A stretch of DNA of 64,000 nucleotides, from NCBI RefSeq assembly GCF_963921235.1, contig NC_086107.1, positions 103,418,001 through 103,482,000 on the forward strand. The letters run 5' to 3'. Each line of letters starts with the position of its first letter. Positions within the stretch are counted from its first letter, which is position 1. Source of the DNA: Mobula hypostoma (taxonomy: Eukaryota). Positions 1 through 12,465 of the stretch are shown here, piece after piece. The notes under the pieces are model-generated. The model was given only the letters and a program-made list of their open reading frames with translations, made no database searches and was not told the origin of the DNA. The position numbers and the translations under genes are program-made.

Positions 1-501
1 TATTATCTATGGTATGCTGATTCCCCAAACACTCTCGAGATGAGAAAACTGTGAAAGGAATATCTGCAAGAATCAGTACACGTGGCAGAGCTCTTCTTTT
101 GGCTCTATAAGCCTTATATTGCTCTTGTTACCTTTGATGTGCAATGGCCTGATTTACTGATGTTATGATAACTTGTGTAGATTGCCTAAATAATAATTTC
201 CTTTGAGTCTAGGAATTTGAGGGCAAGCAGCATACTTAGTGTCAAGCCAAATCTTGCTCCTATCACCTTATGGTTGGAATCACTTTTTAAAAAAAAGTCT
301 ATGCTAATTGATTTTAATCACATAAGGAGAAGTGGGTGGGTTTTTAAGAAGAACATGTTCTCACAATTTTATATATTTATTGTTTTTTGAAATTTGCAGG
401 TTGTCGTCCTTTGCACATTGTTTGTCAGTCTTTGGTGTAGTTTGTCATTGATTCTATTGTATTCCTCTGTGAATGCCTGCAAGAAAATGAATCTCTGTGT
501 A

Positions 502-817
502 AAATAAGGCATCCGTTAGTCTTGCGAGACCATGGATCTGCGCCTGGAAAGTCTTCACTCTCCAGGGCGCAGGCCTGGACAAGGTTGTATGGAAGACCAG
601 CAGTTGCCCATGCTTCAAGTCTCCCCTCTCCATGACACCAATGTTGTCCTAGGGAAGGGCATTAGGACCCATACAGCTTGGCACCAGTGTCATCGCAGAG
701 CAATGTGTGATTAAGTGCCTTGCTCAAGGACACAACACGTTGCCTCGGCTGGGGCTCATACTCACGACCTTCAGGTAGCTGGTCCAATGCCTTAACCACC
801 TGGCTACCTGCCCACAC
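502..817 (-). mobile_element. tRNA-derived SINE, full length, inserted in a LINE 3' tail
   Basis: Minus-strand head with A-box-like TAGCCAGGTGG and degenerate B box; 11-bp TSD ATCTCTGTGTA at 491-501 and 818-828. Confidence 0.8.
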
Positions 818-887
818 ATCTCTGTGTAGTGTATAGTAATATATATATACTTTGATATTTGAACTTTTGTATTAGTTGACTTGTGTT

Positions 888-1066
888 GGACCTGCCCCTC
901 GGTTTTTTGCACTATCTTACTTTCTCTTTTCTATTTTCTATTCATGATTTATAATTTAAATTTTTAATATTTACTATCAATTTGTACTTCAGGGAGCGTG
1001 AAGCGCAGTATCAAATATCGCTATGATGATTGTACGCTCTAGTATCAATTGTTCGGCGACAAAGTA
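888..1066 (+). mobile_element. 3' UTR fragment of Rex/Babar-type LINE (same family as 34430-35315)
   Basis: Strong similarity to 35100-35315 (ggacctgcc..ctcggttttttgcac..gatgattgtacg). Confidence 0.7.
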
Positions 1067-1860
1067 TTGGTTATTACTCCTATCCACAGTGAAACTATTG
1101 GATAAACAGAACAGCATATTTTTGTGTAATACCAGGGGTCTTTTTAATTACAATGCAAATACTTTGCTGTGTCTTGCCATGGCCCAAGTGTAAATGTAGA
1201 AAAGTACTTCAGAAATTTGCATGCATTAGTGCAGAGTAAATGCTAATTAAATTGCAATCCTAGTGTTTTGAAACTCTTGCTCTTTGGTAGATGTCACTGG
1301 AAGCAGGACAAACTTTTTAAACTGACAATCCTCCCCAATAAGCGCCACGATTTTCCCTTGAATGGTTTTCTTAGAATTTCCTTTGTTACTAGAAAAATGT
1401 CCATAATGTATGTGCTAGAGGCAGGTACATACAGGACGTTTAAGAAACTGTTAAATTAGGCATGTGGATGAAAGAAAAATAGAGAGCTATGTAGGAGGGA
1501 AAGGTTGGCACAGCATTGTAAGTTGTTTCTTAATATCAAGGAAAAGAATTATAGGTGTTAAAACCTGTAAAATTGCTAAGGCCACTTCTAATAGACATCA
1601 AGCTTAAAAAAAAGTTTGTAATTTTTAATAACTGGAAACATTTAATGTTACTGAATTCAGGTGATGTTTGTGCCTGATCATTATTAACTCAATCACTGTA
1701 AAAAATTTTTTCATCTACCCAAAGGAATTTCTTTTTAAGACTCCTGGTAACTGCATGACTTTTAAGAAATGCAGCCTTAACCCGTGTTATCTCTCAATTT
1801 AAATCTTAATTCAGTCATCATTTAAACAGACCTTTTTTGCATTTCTTCCTGAGGCTAATA

Positions 1861-2410
1861 CATTCAAAGGCCACTTTGTGTATGTTCATGGTCTTAGGCA
1901 GTAGCCCAATACTCTTCTGCACACCACTGTTGTAATGCGTGGTTATTTAAGTTACTGTCACTTTCCTGTCAGCTTGAACCAGTCTGGCCATTCTCCTCTG
2001 ACCTTTCATTAACAAGGTGTTTGCACCCACAGAATTGCCAATCGCTTGATTTTTAAAAAGTTTTTCACTGTGAACGCTATTCTCTGTAAACTCTAGAGCA
2101 GGGGTTCCCAACCCAGGGTTCATGGACCATTTGCTTAATGGTATTGATTCATGGCATAAAACAGGTTGGGAACCACTGCTCTAGAGACTGTGTATGAAAA
2201 TCCAGGAGATCAGCATTTTGAGATACTCAAACCACCCCATCTGGCACCAACAATCATGCCACAGTCAAAGTCACCTGGATCACATTTCTTCCACATTCTG
2301 ATGTTTGGTCTGAACAACAACTGAACCTCTTGACCGTGTCTGCATGCTTTTATGCATAGAGTTGCTACCACATGATTGGCTGATTTGCAATAACGAACAG
2401 GTGTACACTA
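1861..2410 (-). mobile_element. Non-autonomous Tc1-like element, interrupted by hAT MITE
   Basis: Homologous to copies at 15349, 26312, 32083, 36135, 39811. Confidence 0.8.
2099..2178. mobile_element. 80-bp hAT (Charlie-like) MITE
   Basis: TIRs CAGGGGTTCCCAACC / GGTTGGGAACCACTG; perfect 8-bp TSD CTCTAGAG at 2091-2098 and 2179-2186. Confidence 0.9.
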
Positions 2411-3300
2411 AATGTATGCCGCCTTTGGTTGTGGTGTCTATATCTGTTCACAATACTCCAGCAACGGCTAACCAGAAATGTAAACTATAGAATATATTAT
2501 TGTCTTCAATTCTTGCACTTGAGTATAATAGCCAAAGATGGTCTTTATTACTTTCTGCACCGGTCCTGGTATTTAAGTTTGTATGCATGGACTGCACCAC
2601 AGTCTCTTTGGACCACCATTGGGTTTTCTCTTCACTTGTAAATGTTAGTTCCTCTTCAGGTCAAAAGTTGATGACCTCACATTTGCTTATATTAAAATGC
2701 ATTTGCTGTGGTTTTGCATAGTTGTATAATCTGTTAACATAGCTTTGAAATGTAATATCTCTATGTACTGTTTAAAATTCTGCTCTTTGTGTAATCACCA
2801 GCTTTCTATCATATCATATCCAAGTTGCTTTCAAGAACAGTGAATAGTTGTCAATACAGATCCTTGTGGGACATCACTAACACTCCTGCAGCTTAGCCAG
2901 GTTCCTAGCCTGGCTAATAATTTACCTTGGGGTGAAGGGGTTGCATCATTATATAATAATCCCTATGGAATAACTATATCAGCAGGTATGCCCATTTGCT
3001 GCTTGGAATTTTGAAGAGAACTTTAGACTATTCTTTACTTTACCACATTTCCGTACAACATAGAAGCAGCCTTTCAGCTCATTTAAGTCCAGGTTATCTC
3101 ACAGATTAATTCTATTACCTTAGTAATATACTCTGCAAATTGTCCTCCCCACAATTTCACCGCATTCTGTGAGCAGTAACAGGCTGTTTTATAGTGTCCA
3201 TCTGAGCAGACGAGGTATCTTTGGGATGTGGGAGGAAATCCTCAGACTCAGAGGAAGAGCGTGAAAACTGCACACAGCAGTAGGTCATGATCCTGAGCAG

Positions 3301-3338
3301 CATTCCTGAAGAAAGGTCTCGGTCCGAAACGTCGACTG
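3301..3338 (+). ncRNA. Minimal type I hammerhead ribozyme motif in Penelope-like element terminal repeat
   Basis: cattc-CTGAAGA-aaggtctcggtcc-GAAA-cGTC-gactg; core intact, stems I/II with mismatches. Confidence 0.6.
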
Positions 3339-5339
3339 TTTATTCATTTCCGTGAATGCTGCCTGGCCTGCTGAGTTCCTCCAGCATTTTGTGTGTTGGT
3401 CAGGATTGAACTTGGGTCATGCCCCATCACCCAGGCGATGCCTTGTTCTCACTGCTGCCATCAGGGAGGAGGTACAGAAGCCTGAAGGCACACACTCAAC
3501 AATTCAGGAACAACTTCTTCCCCTCTGCCATCCGATTTCTGAATGGACGTTGAACCCATGAATGCTGCCTCACTACTTTTTTATTTCTATTTCTGCACTA
3601 ATTTATTTATCTATTTAGTATGTATACTTTAATTCCTCTATTATTAGGCATTGCATTAGGTACCGCTGCTGCAAAGACAAATTTCACAACATGTGCTGGT
3701 GATATTGAACCTGATTCTGATTCATTGGTTACTTTGGCAGTAACTCTACTAGTGTGTCACTGTGTCGCCTTCACAAGTTGACTCTGGCAGTTTTCAAAGT
3801 TGTTCAGCCACTGTGTTCTGGTACACAACTTGTTTTAGGTTGAAGACCTGCTTGGCAGTCCCAGGCACACAAGGTCTACTGAAGCGTGTGGGCTATTGAA
3901 TGCTGGATCTGTTCTTGCACTGTCACAACCCCACCGGCCCAGATATTCTCCAAGCCTCCTTCCTCCAGCTGTCAAAAGCCTTTGGACTGCTTGTCACTAT
4001 CTCTGGTCAAAGACATTGAGGTTGCTCCAAAAGGATTTAAGTATTTTTAAAAGTTTAAACTTATTTAAAAGTGCATTGAAATGACAATTTAAAACATTCT
4101 GATTAAAGTAAAATGAGAAAGTCCTTGCTTTTTGTAATTGAGGTCTGTGAATCGTCTGAGTGAGTTGGGTTGTTCTGTGTAATCCCAACTCTACCATTAT
4201 GCTGTGGGTCTGGTTAAGGATATCCAGCCCCATGGGTTGGTGCCTTTGAGCAGAGTCCAGTGGCAGCTGCATTGGTATCTGACCTCAGGCACATTTACTA
4301 CTTTGTAATGTGCAGGTATGGACGTTGGTAAAAGAACTGATGCACATGCTGAAGCTTTTTGGTAGAGTTTCGCAGAGTTGTGGGATTGAGCAACACAATC
4401 AAGCCAGTCTTTTATTTCAAGCACTTTTGACCTATGTTTTTGAAACCACAGTTGCCAAAACTTAGAAGTTGCTGCCAAATCATAGCAATCCAATATCCTT
4501 TCCTGAGTTCATGTTTGGAGTTTTGACAGGGCAAATGCCTGATTTTTAACCTTAATCCAGGAGACAGATTAGGATCTAGGCCAGAACAACTGTGCTTCAT
4601 TTATGTTTAAGCATTCTTTACTTTTAATTATTAAACCATATAAATCTTGATAGTTTGCTGTTTTGTTTTATTGACTGGTTCTTTCTGGTCATTTTTATTT
4701 CCAGAATTTGAGTTGCACTAAATTCTGAATATCTAGAATCTCTTGTTTCTGTGGACTGCTGTACATGTTCCTTCCACAGCCCCTGCTGTCAGTTGTAACC
4801 CATTGAGCACAGAGTTCAGGTTCAGATTCATTTATTTATCACATGTACATTGGAACATACAGCGAAGTCCATTGTTTGCGTTAACAATCAATACGGGTGC
4901 AGCCTGCAAATGTCGCCACACATTCCAGTGCCAACATAGCGTGCCCACAATTTTTAGCAGCACAACTCAAGCAAGAGAACACAACAAAAGAGCAAAACAG
5001 GCCTCTTTTCCGCTCACTCACTCTCTTCCCCCTCCTCCAAAACTCCTGTGGACCTGCAGACAATGGGCCTCCATCGCTTGTGTTAATAACCAACATAACC
5101 TAAGGAAGTACCAGGGAGCAGCCTGACACACATTCCGGTGCCAGCATAGAATGTCTACAATTTTTGGCAGAACACAAGCTCGGTTCTACTTGCTCCTCCT
5201 CTGTCCTCCAACCCCAGGGCAGGCCTCTAAGCCTCCTGTGGGCCTGCAGACAATGAACCTTCAACTTTCCAGTGGGCTCTCAGACGAGCAGGCCTAGGGT
5301 TTCAGCCATTGTCCTTTGACTCCCACACTTCCGAACAAT

Positions 5340-5570
5340 CTTCTGTGGAAGTTTTGAGGAATTCTTCACCACAGGCAGCAGTGGAGGCCAAGCCATCATC
5401 TATATTTAAGTAAGAGATTGATAGATTCTTGATTGGTCAGGGCATGAAGGGATACAGGGAGAAAGCAGGAGATTGGGGCTGATAGGAAAATTAGATCAGC
5501 CATGATGAAATGGCAGAGCAGATTTGATGGGCCAAACGGCCTAATTTTCCTCCTATATGGTCTTAAGGTC
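5340..5570 (+). mobile_element. CR1 (HER1-like) LINE 3' end
   Basis: gcagtggaggccaag..tatatttaag..gatagattcttgattggtcagggc motif shared with other CR1 tails in window. Confidence 0.75.
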
Positions 5571-5794
5571 TTCTGGTTTTGATCTTCCATCTGAGTTGAC
5601 TAAAGTACTAGGGGATTTTATATGACCATGGAGCTATTTAACAATTAATCAAAGGCCTTGCCCCAGTAAGGACACTTAAACATCTTGCTGGAGTTTTTGT
5701 AAGAAAAAGACTGGGGCTATTACCTGAATGCACCCACACACCAAGTAACAAGAACTTGTTGGGGGAAGAAAAACTGCAATGTTAGACATCGGAA

Positions 5795-6745
5795 TTTAAA
5801 AACAGCACATATTAGAAATACTTTGGGTGATGCAGCACCTGTGGAATGAGAAACAGTTGAAAAGTTAGATTCTACATGCAGCGAAGGTGAGGGATGGAGG
5901 TGAATAGGACAAGAGATGTTTATGATGGGGTGAGGCCAGCTTTGCCATGGGGGTCCAGTGGTTAATGGAAACAGCGAAAACCTAGAGAAAGGAATGCAAA
6001 ATGATATGAAAACACAGCTAGCATTTATGCTTTGCAGGTCCGGCTTTACTGCCGAAGAAAACAATTGAACCAATGCATGCATAGCAGTGAGTTTGGCCAG
6101 TTCTGATGTTGCGGAATTTGACCTTGTCCGGAAGGCAGATGGACAATAAGGTGCTGTTGGTGGTGATGGAATAGTGGACTAGGGAATTGTGAAGGGAACG
6201 GTCCTATCAAAATGCTGAGGTGGAGGGGTGGTTCTGCCTGGTGATGGGATCTTGTTTTCAATCCACAGGCGTGGCCGTGACCTTCTCTCTGCCTGTTACT
6301 TGAATTCTCCATCTCACTCCCATAGAGCTGTGTGTCTGCCACCGGCTGCACTGTAGTCAGTGAGGCCCAATACAAGTCTGGAGCGCAGCACCTCTTCTGC
6401 CTCAGCAAACTGCAGCCTTCTGGAATCCATGTGGAGTGTTTGTTTCAGATAACAAGCACTCTGTCTATATCAGAGCACGCTGTCTCTGCTATGTCCTTCA
6501 CCTGTGATTATTGTCTGGCTTTCATGCACTCTGACCTGGTGAGCTTTTACAACAGCCCCGCAATTCGGAAAATTTTGCACTCTGCTGTCTGTGTTCTCGC
6601 TCTTTTAACTGACGCCATTAACCCATTCACCACTACATATCACTAGGCAACGCTACCCGTTTTGTCTTTTCCAACTTTCTGAAGAAGGGTGTTTGACTTG
6701 AAATGTTAACTCAGTCTCTTTCCATTGTTGCTGCTTACCCGTTAT
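5795..6745. mobile_element. Degraded Penelope-like element fragments in opposite orientations
   Basis: Plus-strand piece at ~6360-6440 resembles the C-terminal RLEEQHLxFRLxxLQPxG motif; degenerate hammerhead ctgaagaagggtg..gaaatg at ~6679; minus-strand counterpart at 5795-6100. Confidence 0.5.
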
Positions 6746-6934
6746 TTCCTGTTTTAAGAAAAAGCCAGCCAGGAGTGAGGGCTGATTGCTGCGATGATGT
6801 GCAGAGCAACAGGAATTCTGAAAATTCATATTTAGTTTAGAAATTGAAAAACAGGCGTGATTTTATTTTGTTAGTGAACTTGGGGACTAACCAAATAAGA
6901 GGATGTTATTGTCAGCACTACTTATATTTGTCAC

Positions 6935-7700
6935 AATTTGGTTGAGTGATGTAATAATAACAACCCCTCACTCAATATCAGTAAGACCAAGGAACTGATT
7001 GTAGACTTCAGGAGAGGGAAACCAGAGGTCCGTCAGCCAGTTCTCACTGGAGGATTGGAGGTGGAGAGGGTCAGTAGCTTTAAATTCCTGGGTGTCACTG
7101 TCTCAGAGGACCCATCGTATAAATATGACTACAAAGAAAGCACACCAGCGCCTGTACTTCCTCAGGAGTCTGTGGAGATTCAGCATGCTATCCAAAACCT
7201 TAGCAAACTTCAATAGATGTGTGGTGGAAGGTGTGCTGACTGGCTGCAGGGCTGGGAACACTAATGTCTTTGAACGGAGAATTCTTTAAAAGGTGGTATA
7301 TTTGGCCCGGTACATCACAGATAAAACTTTCCCCAACCATTGATCACATCTCATGAAACGTTGCCGTAGAAAAGCAGCATCAATCTTCAAAGATCCTCAC
7401 CATCCAGACCGTGCTCTTTTCTTGCTGCTGCCATCAGGTGCTTCGGGCCTCGCACCACCAGGTTCAAGAGCAGTTACTGCCGCTCAACCATCAGGCTCTT
7501 GAACAAAAGGGGATAACTACATGCATTTAAGGACTCTGTTATCTTGTTATTTCATGCTCGTTATTTATTTGCATTTGCACTTGCACAGATTGTTTACAGT
7601 TTACAGATCCAATTTACAGTCATTGTTCCATAGATTTGTTTGTAAGTCGGCAGAAAAAGAATCTCAGGGTTGTATGTGGTGATAACAAATTTTACTTTGA
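6935..7700 (+). mobile_element. 5'-truncated Rex/Babar-type LINE
   Basis: LNISKTKELIVDFRR and KKAHQRLYFLRSL motifs (RT C-terminus/DUF1891-like), frameshifted, with AT-rich 3' tail. Confidence 0.8.
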
Positions 7701-7719
7701 ATGTGGAACTTTACTTGAA

Positions 7720-8065
7720 CATGGAAAAGGGGAAGTGAGAGGGGAGGGAGTGGGAAGCACCAGAGAGACATTCTGTGGTGATTAATAAACCAATTGTTTT
7801 CAATGAAATGACCTTGCCTGGTGTCTCAGGGCTGTGTGCGTGTCTATATTTACATTAACCCCCCCCCCCGCCTCTGGCACTCCTCTGCCACCTGTCCCAC
7901 ACCCCTCCCACAGCGCTCCACCTTCGCTGTTCCCAACATCCTTTTGCTCCCGCCAGGTTTACAAACTTGCTCTCTGCTCCATGTCAACAACTGTGGTACT
8001 GTGTAAAAGTCTTGGGCACGATCGCTCTATCTATATATAGTGCCTAAGACTTTTGCACAGTACTG
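7720..8065. repeat. Unclassified interspersed repeat ending in a Tc1-type TIR-pair mini-element; second copy 14965-15290
   Basis: ggaagcaccagagagacattctgt..aataaaccaattgttt..gaccttgcctggtgtct shared with 15035-15110; palindromic tactgtgtaaaagtcttgggcac..gtgcctaagacttttgcacagtactg-TA at 7994-8065. Confidence 0.65.
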
Positions 8066-8696
8066 TACACGTAGTAAGACATGGGAGTTGATCACTAACA
8101 CCTCCCATCTACTAGCCCATGTCAGAGGCTCTGGGGTGGAAAGGTTGCAAACTGGATCTAGCTCACCAGCCTGTCATTCACAGTGCTCTATCCTTTAATG
8201 ATAGTCTCTGTTCAGGAACTCTTTTATAATTCCTTGGATCTCTCCTCATCTTTTGTGAAATGAAGAAGTGTTTAAAAATCATTATTTGGTATAAAGCAAG
8301 AGTTTCTGAATGAAGAGGAACTGGAAAGGTTGTAGTTGAGACACAGGCGACTGAGGGTTGAAGCTGCCTGGTGTCAGTAACCCTTTACATTTCCATCATC
8401 TACGGGTAGTTCTACCATGATGCAATAACTACGTTCCCAAGAAGCCTCCATGCGATAGAAAGTTATTATAACAGAACGAGCTGTACTGCTTTCCTTCAAA
8501 GTACAGATTTAAATGAGTTTTTTTTCTATAACCAACGCAGCTCACGTAATGCAGATGGTGTGTCCTAGTCCATCAATCACTGTTCAGCAATTTCACATGA
8601 TGGAATGACTGTCATAAGAACAACCTGTACTTGTTTCTTCGTTCCTCCTGTTTGTTAATTTTAATTATTCCCCACATCCCCGATCCTAAATAAACA

Positions 8697-9627
8697 CAGT
8701 GGATTGCAGTCAAACTGGGACACATTGGGATGAGTACATTTTGGCCCAATTAAGCGGCTGTCCCAATTAATTGACATTTCATGGAAATTTTTAAAACGTA
8801 TATTTAAAAAAAATACAAACTACTGTTTAACTGAGTAACAAATTATGTATTTAAATGAAATACAGAGCATTACCAATACCTCTACAGAACTACAAACTAT
8901 TAGTTCATGGTAGTTATCGATGGATGATTTATCTGCCATATTAATTTGATAGTAAATGAACAAAATCAGTGGAAACACCTAGTGCAGATAATGGACTACC
9001 TTCATCTACTGCTCTTGTAGTGCGTTGCGTACAAAGCTAGGCAGGGAGTAAAACCCTCAAAAATCACCCAAGCTGGAAGCTTTCTGCGGGTTTTAAATGA
9101 GAAAACTTTTGTGAAACTGCAGAAAGTTAAGTAAAACAGGTATTAAATTCAATAGAGAATTGTGATGTTCCTGAGTATGCTAATATTCTTGAATATACTC
9201 GTGATCAGTGTTAAATAAGACAATACACACATGCAACATATCGCGGACTAGAGTGAACTCATGGCGCAACAAAAGCTTAGTGATGATGAACAATAAACAT
9301 ACTTCCTTCAAAGACATCTCCAAAATGTTTACCAATGTAAGGAAACCTTAATCCTCACAGATATTGCTGTTTGAAGAGCAAATAAAGAGTAGATGGAAAT
9401 AGATGTCTTTTTACCATGTTTGTTCCAAGTTGAAATCCAGATTAATCTGCACAAGAAATGTAAAAAAAAACAGTTTACGAACAGGAAGTGATGTTTTTAC
9501 AAAAGGAGCTACATACAAAACAAACAGAACACTTCGTACAATGCTTTTAATGATTGCTTCCTCCAGGCCTTCATTGTAACATTCAAGATGATTGTTGATA
9601 CCTTCAAATTCCTAACTTATTGAAGTA
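8697..9627. mobile_element. Tigger/pogo-like non-autonomous element, interrupted and truncated
   Basis: Colinear with intact copy 18419-19199 except for a ~530-bp insert (~9009-9535) and loss of the right part. Confidence 0.65.
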
Positions 9628-10531
9628 TAGTCGGCCCTCTTTATCTGCGAGGGATTGGTCGCGGATACCAAAAAACGCGGATGCTCAAGTCCCTTATTCA
9701 ACCTGTCTAAATGCGGTGGACCTTAGGACCCAGCGGAACCCCGGACCTTATTTAACCTGTCTCAGTGCGGTGGACATTAGGACTTGGCGGTGAAGCTCTG
9801 AATCCGCAGTGTTTCTGTTCACAAAAATAATCACGATCGCGATTTAAAATAAAGTGGAAATAATAAAGCGATCGGAAAGAGGTGAAACACCATCGGTCAT
9901 TGGAAAAGCATTAGGCTACAGTCGGTCAACGATCAGAACAATTTTAAAGGATAAAGTGAGAAAAGCCCTGCCCTGATTAAAGCTACAATTATTTTTTAAG
10001 CAACGCAGTGGTTTAATTATTGGGTTTTGGGGTTTTGGGTTTTTGATCCTTCACATCAACCCGGCCAGGATGGAGAGCGCTCGGGAAAGGTCTGTCGCTG
10101 GATCGAACTCGGGAATTTCTGTTCCCAGCCCGGCGCTGAAACATACGTTTCTTAAGTGTTTTATATGCATGGAAAGGTAAAATATATACTATATGCTAAG
10201 ACGAACGTTTGACTAACTGATGCTAAATAATACTGGAAGTACCTGTTCTAACCTACTTAGTAAGATAACTTCCATTTTTTTTGATCCCGATCCACGATAA
10301 CCTACGCATGTCCTCCCGTATACTTTAAATAATCTCTAGATTACTTATAATACCTAATAGATAAATGCTATGTAAAATAGTTGTTATACTGTATTGTTTA
10401 GGGAATAATAACAAGAAAAAAAGTCTGTACATGTCTGAGTAACAAGTGCTGGAAGAGCACTTCCGGGTTTTCTCAATTTGCGGTTCGTTGAATTCGCTCA
10501 TGCGGAACTCGCGGATAAGGAGGGCCAACTG
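9628..10531 (+). mobile_element. Tigger-like (pogo/CENP-B family) internally deleted transposon
   Basis: TIRs tagtcggccctctttatctgcg / cgcggataaggagggccaactg flanked by TA; remnant HTH peptide KVEIIKRSERGETPSVIGKALGYSRSTIRTILKDK at ~9851-9955. Confidence 0.85.
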
Positions 10532-10937
10532 TACTGTGATCCTCACACCCCCTCCATATACAAAAAGTACAGCGAACTGTCAGGTCAGCAGAAAGGGTCA
10601 TCGTATGCAGTCTACTATTACTTCTTGTGTGAGTCCAGGAAAAAGAAGCAGGCAATAAAAATATTCTGGACCCTACCCACCCAGAAAAATGTCTTTTCCA
10701 TAAGCTCTTTTCTGGAAACTTCTGTAGGGCAATTAAAGTAAAAACAAAAAAACTACCTGATGTCTTGATAGTTTCTTCCCCACCCCACACCAGAGGCTGT
10801 TAATCTGACCAACTGTTCTAATTAGCCCTTCCCCCACCCTCTATTACCTCAGTCACTGCACTGTAAACACTTTAAACTACTTTTTGTAATGCTATTTACA
10901 TTGTAAATATGTGTTTGAGGGGACAGGACCCCACTAA

Positions 10938-11964
10938 GGGTATGTGCACACTACGCCGGATAATTTTGAAAATGAAGCTTTTTCTCTTCATTTTGCCCTC
11001 CTGTCCACACTGAGCCGGCATTTTCAGCCCCCGAAAACGGAGATTTTCGAAAACACTCTGTAGAGTGAATAAATCTGAAAACGCTTAATATCCGGTGTAG
11101 TGTGTACAGGGTAAATGGAGAGATTTAAAAACGTTGTCATGACAACACCACAACAACAATGCTTTTTCTGCTTCTGCTTGGTACTGCACAAGCACTGCTG
11201 TACGGCTGTTATAACGCGCAGTCAGTGTGAACGGCGTGAGAGTTAAATTGTAACGTGAGCTTTTTTGACTATTTAAAAACGCTGTCATGATGTGCCGGAA
11301 CAGATATTCGTTGTTTTCTTGAACGCCACCACCTAACAATTTCAGAACAGACAGGCGAGACTGAAGCCAGAAGGGTTAGAAATGTATTCACTAAATACTT
11401 TGACCCATAGCTTACTGAATAAATAAGTATACTCACTTTGCCCTGTTTTCTGTCCTTGCTTGTATGAAGGTGGTTTACCTATTTATGCAAGTACTTCTCT
11501 GACAATAGATGTGCAACAGCCTAATGTAACATTGTATGGAAATACAAGATAACATTGATGCAGACATGTTTTATACATTTAACAAGGTGCTTTATTAATG
11601 CAACAGAGTTCGTCAGTTTTTCAATGTTCGTCGTCAGCTGGGTCATACTGTCTGTGAACTCCCTGTCGGTTGCCTCCATACGCTCCAGTATTTGTTTTTT
11701 TTAAGTTTTAAGTCCTCCTGCGCGAGAGCCAAGAGCAACTCCTTTAAAGTTTTTCTACTCTGTAACGGACAAACGCGCACCAAGTATACCGTTTCCTCTT
11801 CGCTTGTTTTCTGTGTGTCCTGCGCATGCCCAGTAGGAGGAGATTCACCCAGATATCCGCCTAATGTGGACGGAGTTATTTTGAAAAACGCTTAGTGTGG
11901 ACGCCTGTCAATTTTACTCGAAACCGGCGTTTTCAAAATTATCCGGCGTAGTGTGGACATAGCC
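10938..11964 (-). mobile_element. PIF/Harbinger non-autonomous element with Myb/SANT-partner gene remnant
   Basis: Long TIRs gggtatgtgcacactacgccggataattttgaaaa / ttttcaaaattatccggcgtagtgtggacatagcc; TAA TSDs at 10935-10937 and 11965-11967; minus-strand coiled-coil remnant at ~11610-11742. Confidence 0.9.
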
Positions 11965-11999
11965 TAAGGAGCACCAGGCCATTGTCACCTGCACCATCA

Positions 12000-12465
12000 G
12001 ATGAGAATCAGGATCAGGCATGTAGAAAAAAATAAATCAGTAAATCAAAACAATTAAAGTGTAATTTTGATAGATATATATAGGTAGATTAAAAATAGAG
12101 CAAAACAGAAAAATTTAAAAGAAAGTGGGTAGTGTTCATCGGTTCAGTGACCATTTAGGAATCATATGGCCGAGGGGAAGAAGCTGTTCCTGAATTTTTG
12201 AGTGTGTGCCTTCAGGCTTCTGTACCTCCTTCCAGACAGTGACAATGAAAGAGGACATGACTTGGGTGATGTGGGGTCTTTAATAATGGACGTCACCTTT
12301 CTGAGGCACCGCTCCTTGAAGATGTTTTGGATACTACGGAGGCTAGTTCCCAAGATGGAGCTGACTAATTTTACAACTTTCTGTAGCTTCTTTTGGTCCT
12401 ATACAGTAGCACACCGCACCCCTCCCCCCCCCCCCATACCAGCTGGTGATGCAGCCTGTCAGAAT
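12000..12465 (-). mobile_element. Rex/Babar-type LINE 3' fragment
   Basis: SIIKDP..LSGRRYRSLKAHTQKFRNSFFPSAI C-terminal motif. Confidence 0.75.

Noticed and set aside
740..817. tRNA gene
   Set aside because: tRNA-like head of a SINE; same applies to V-SINE heads.
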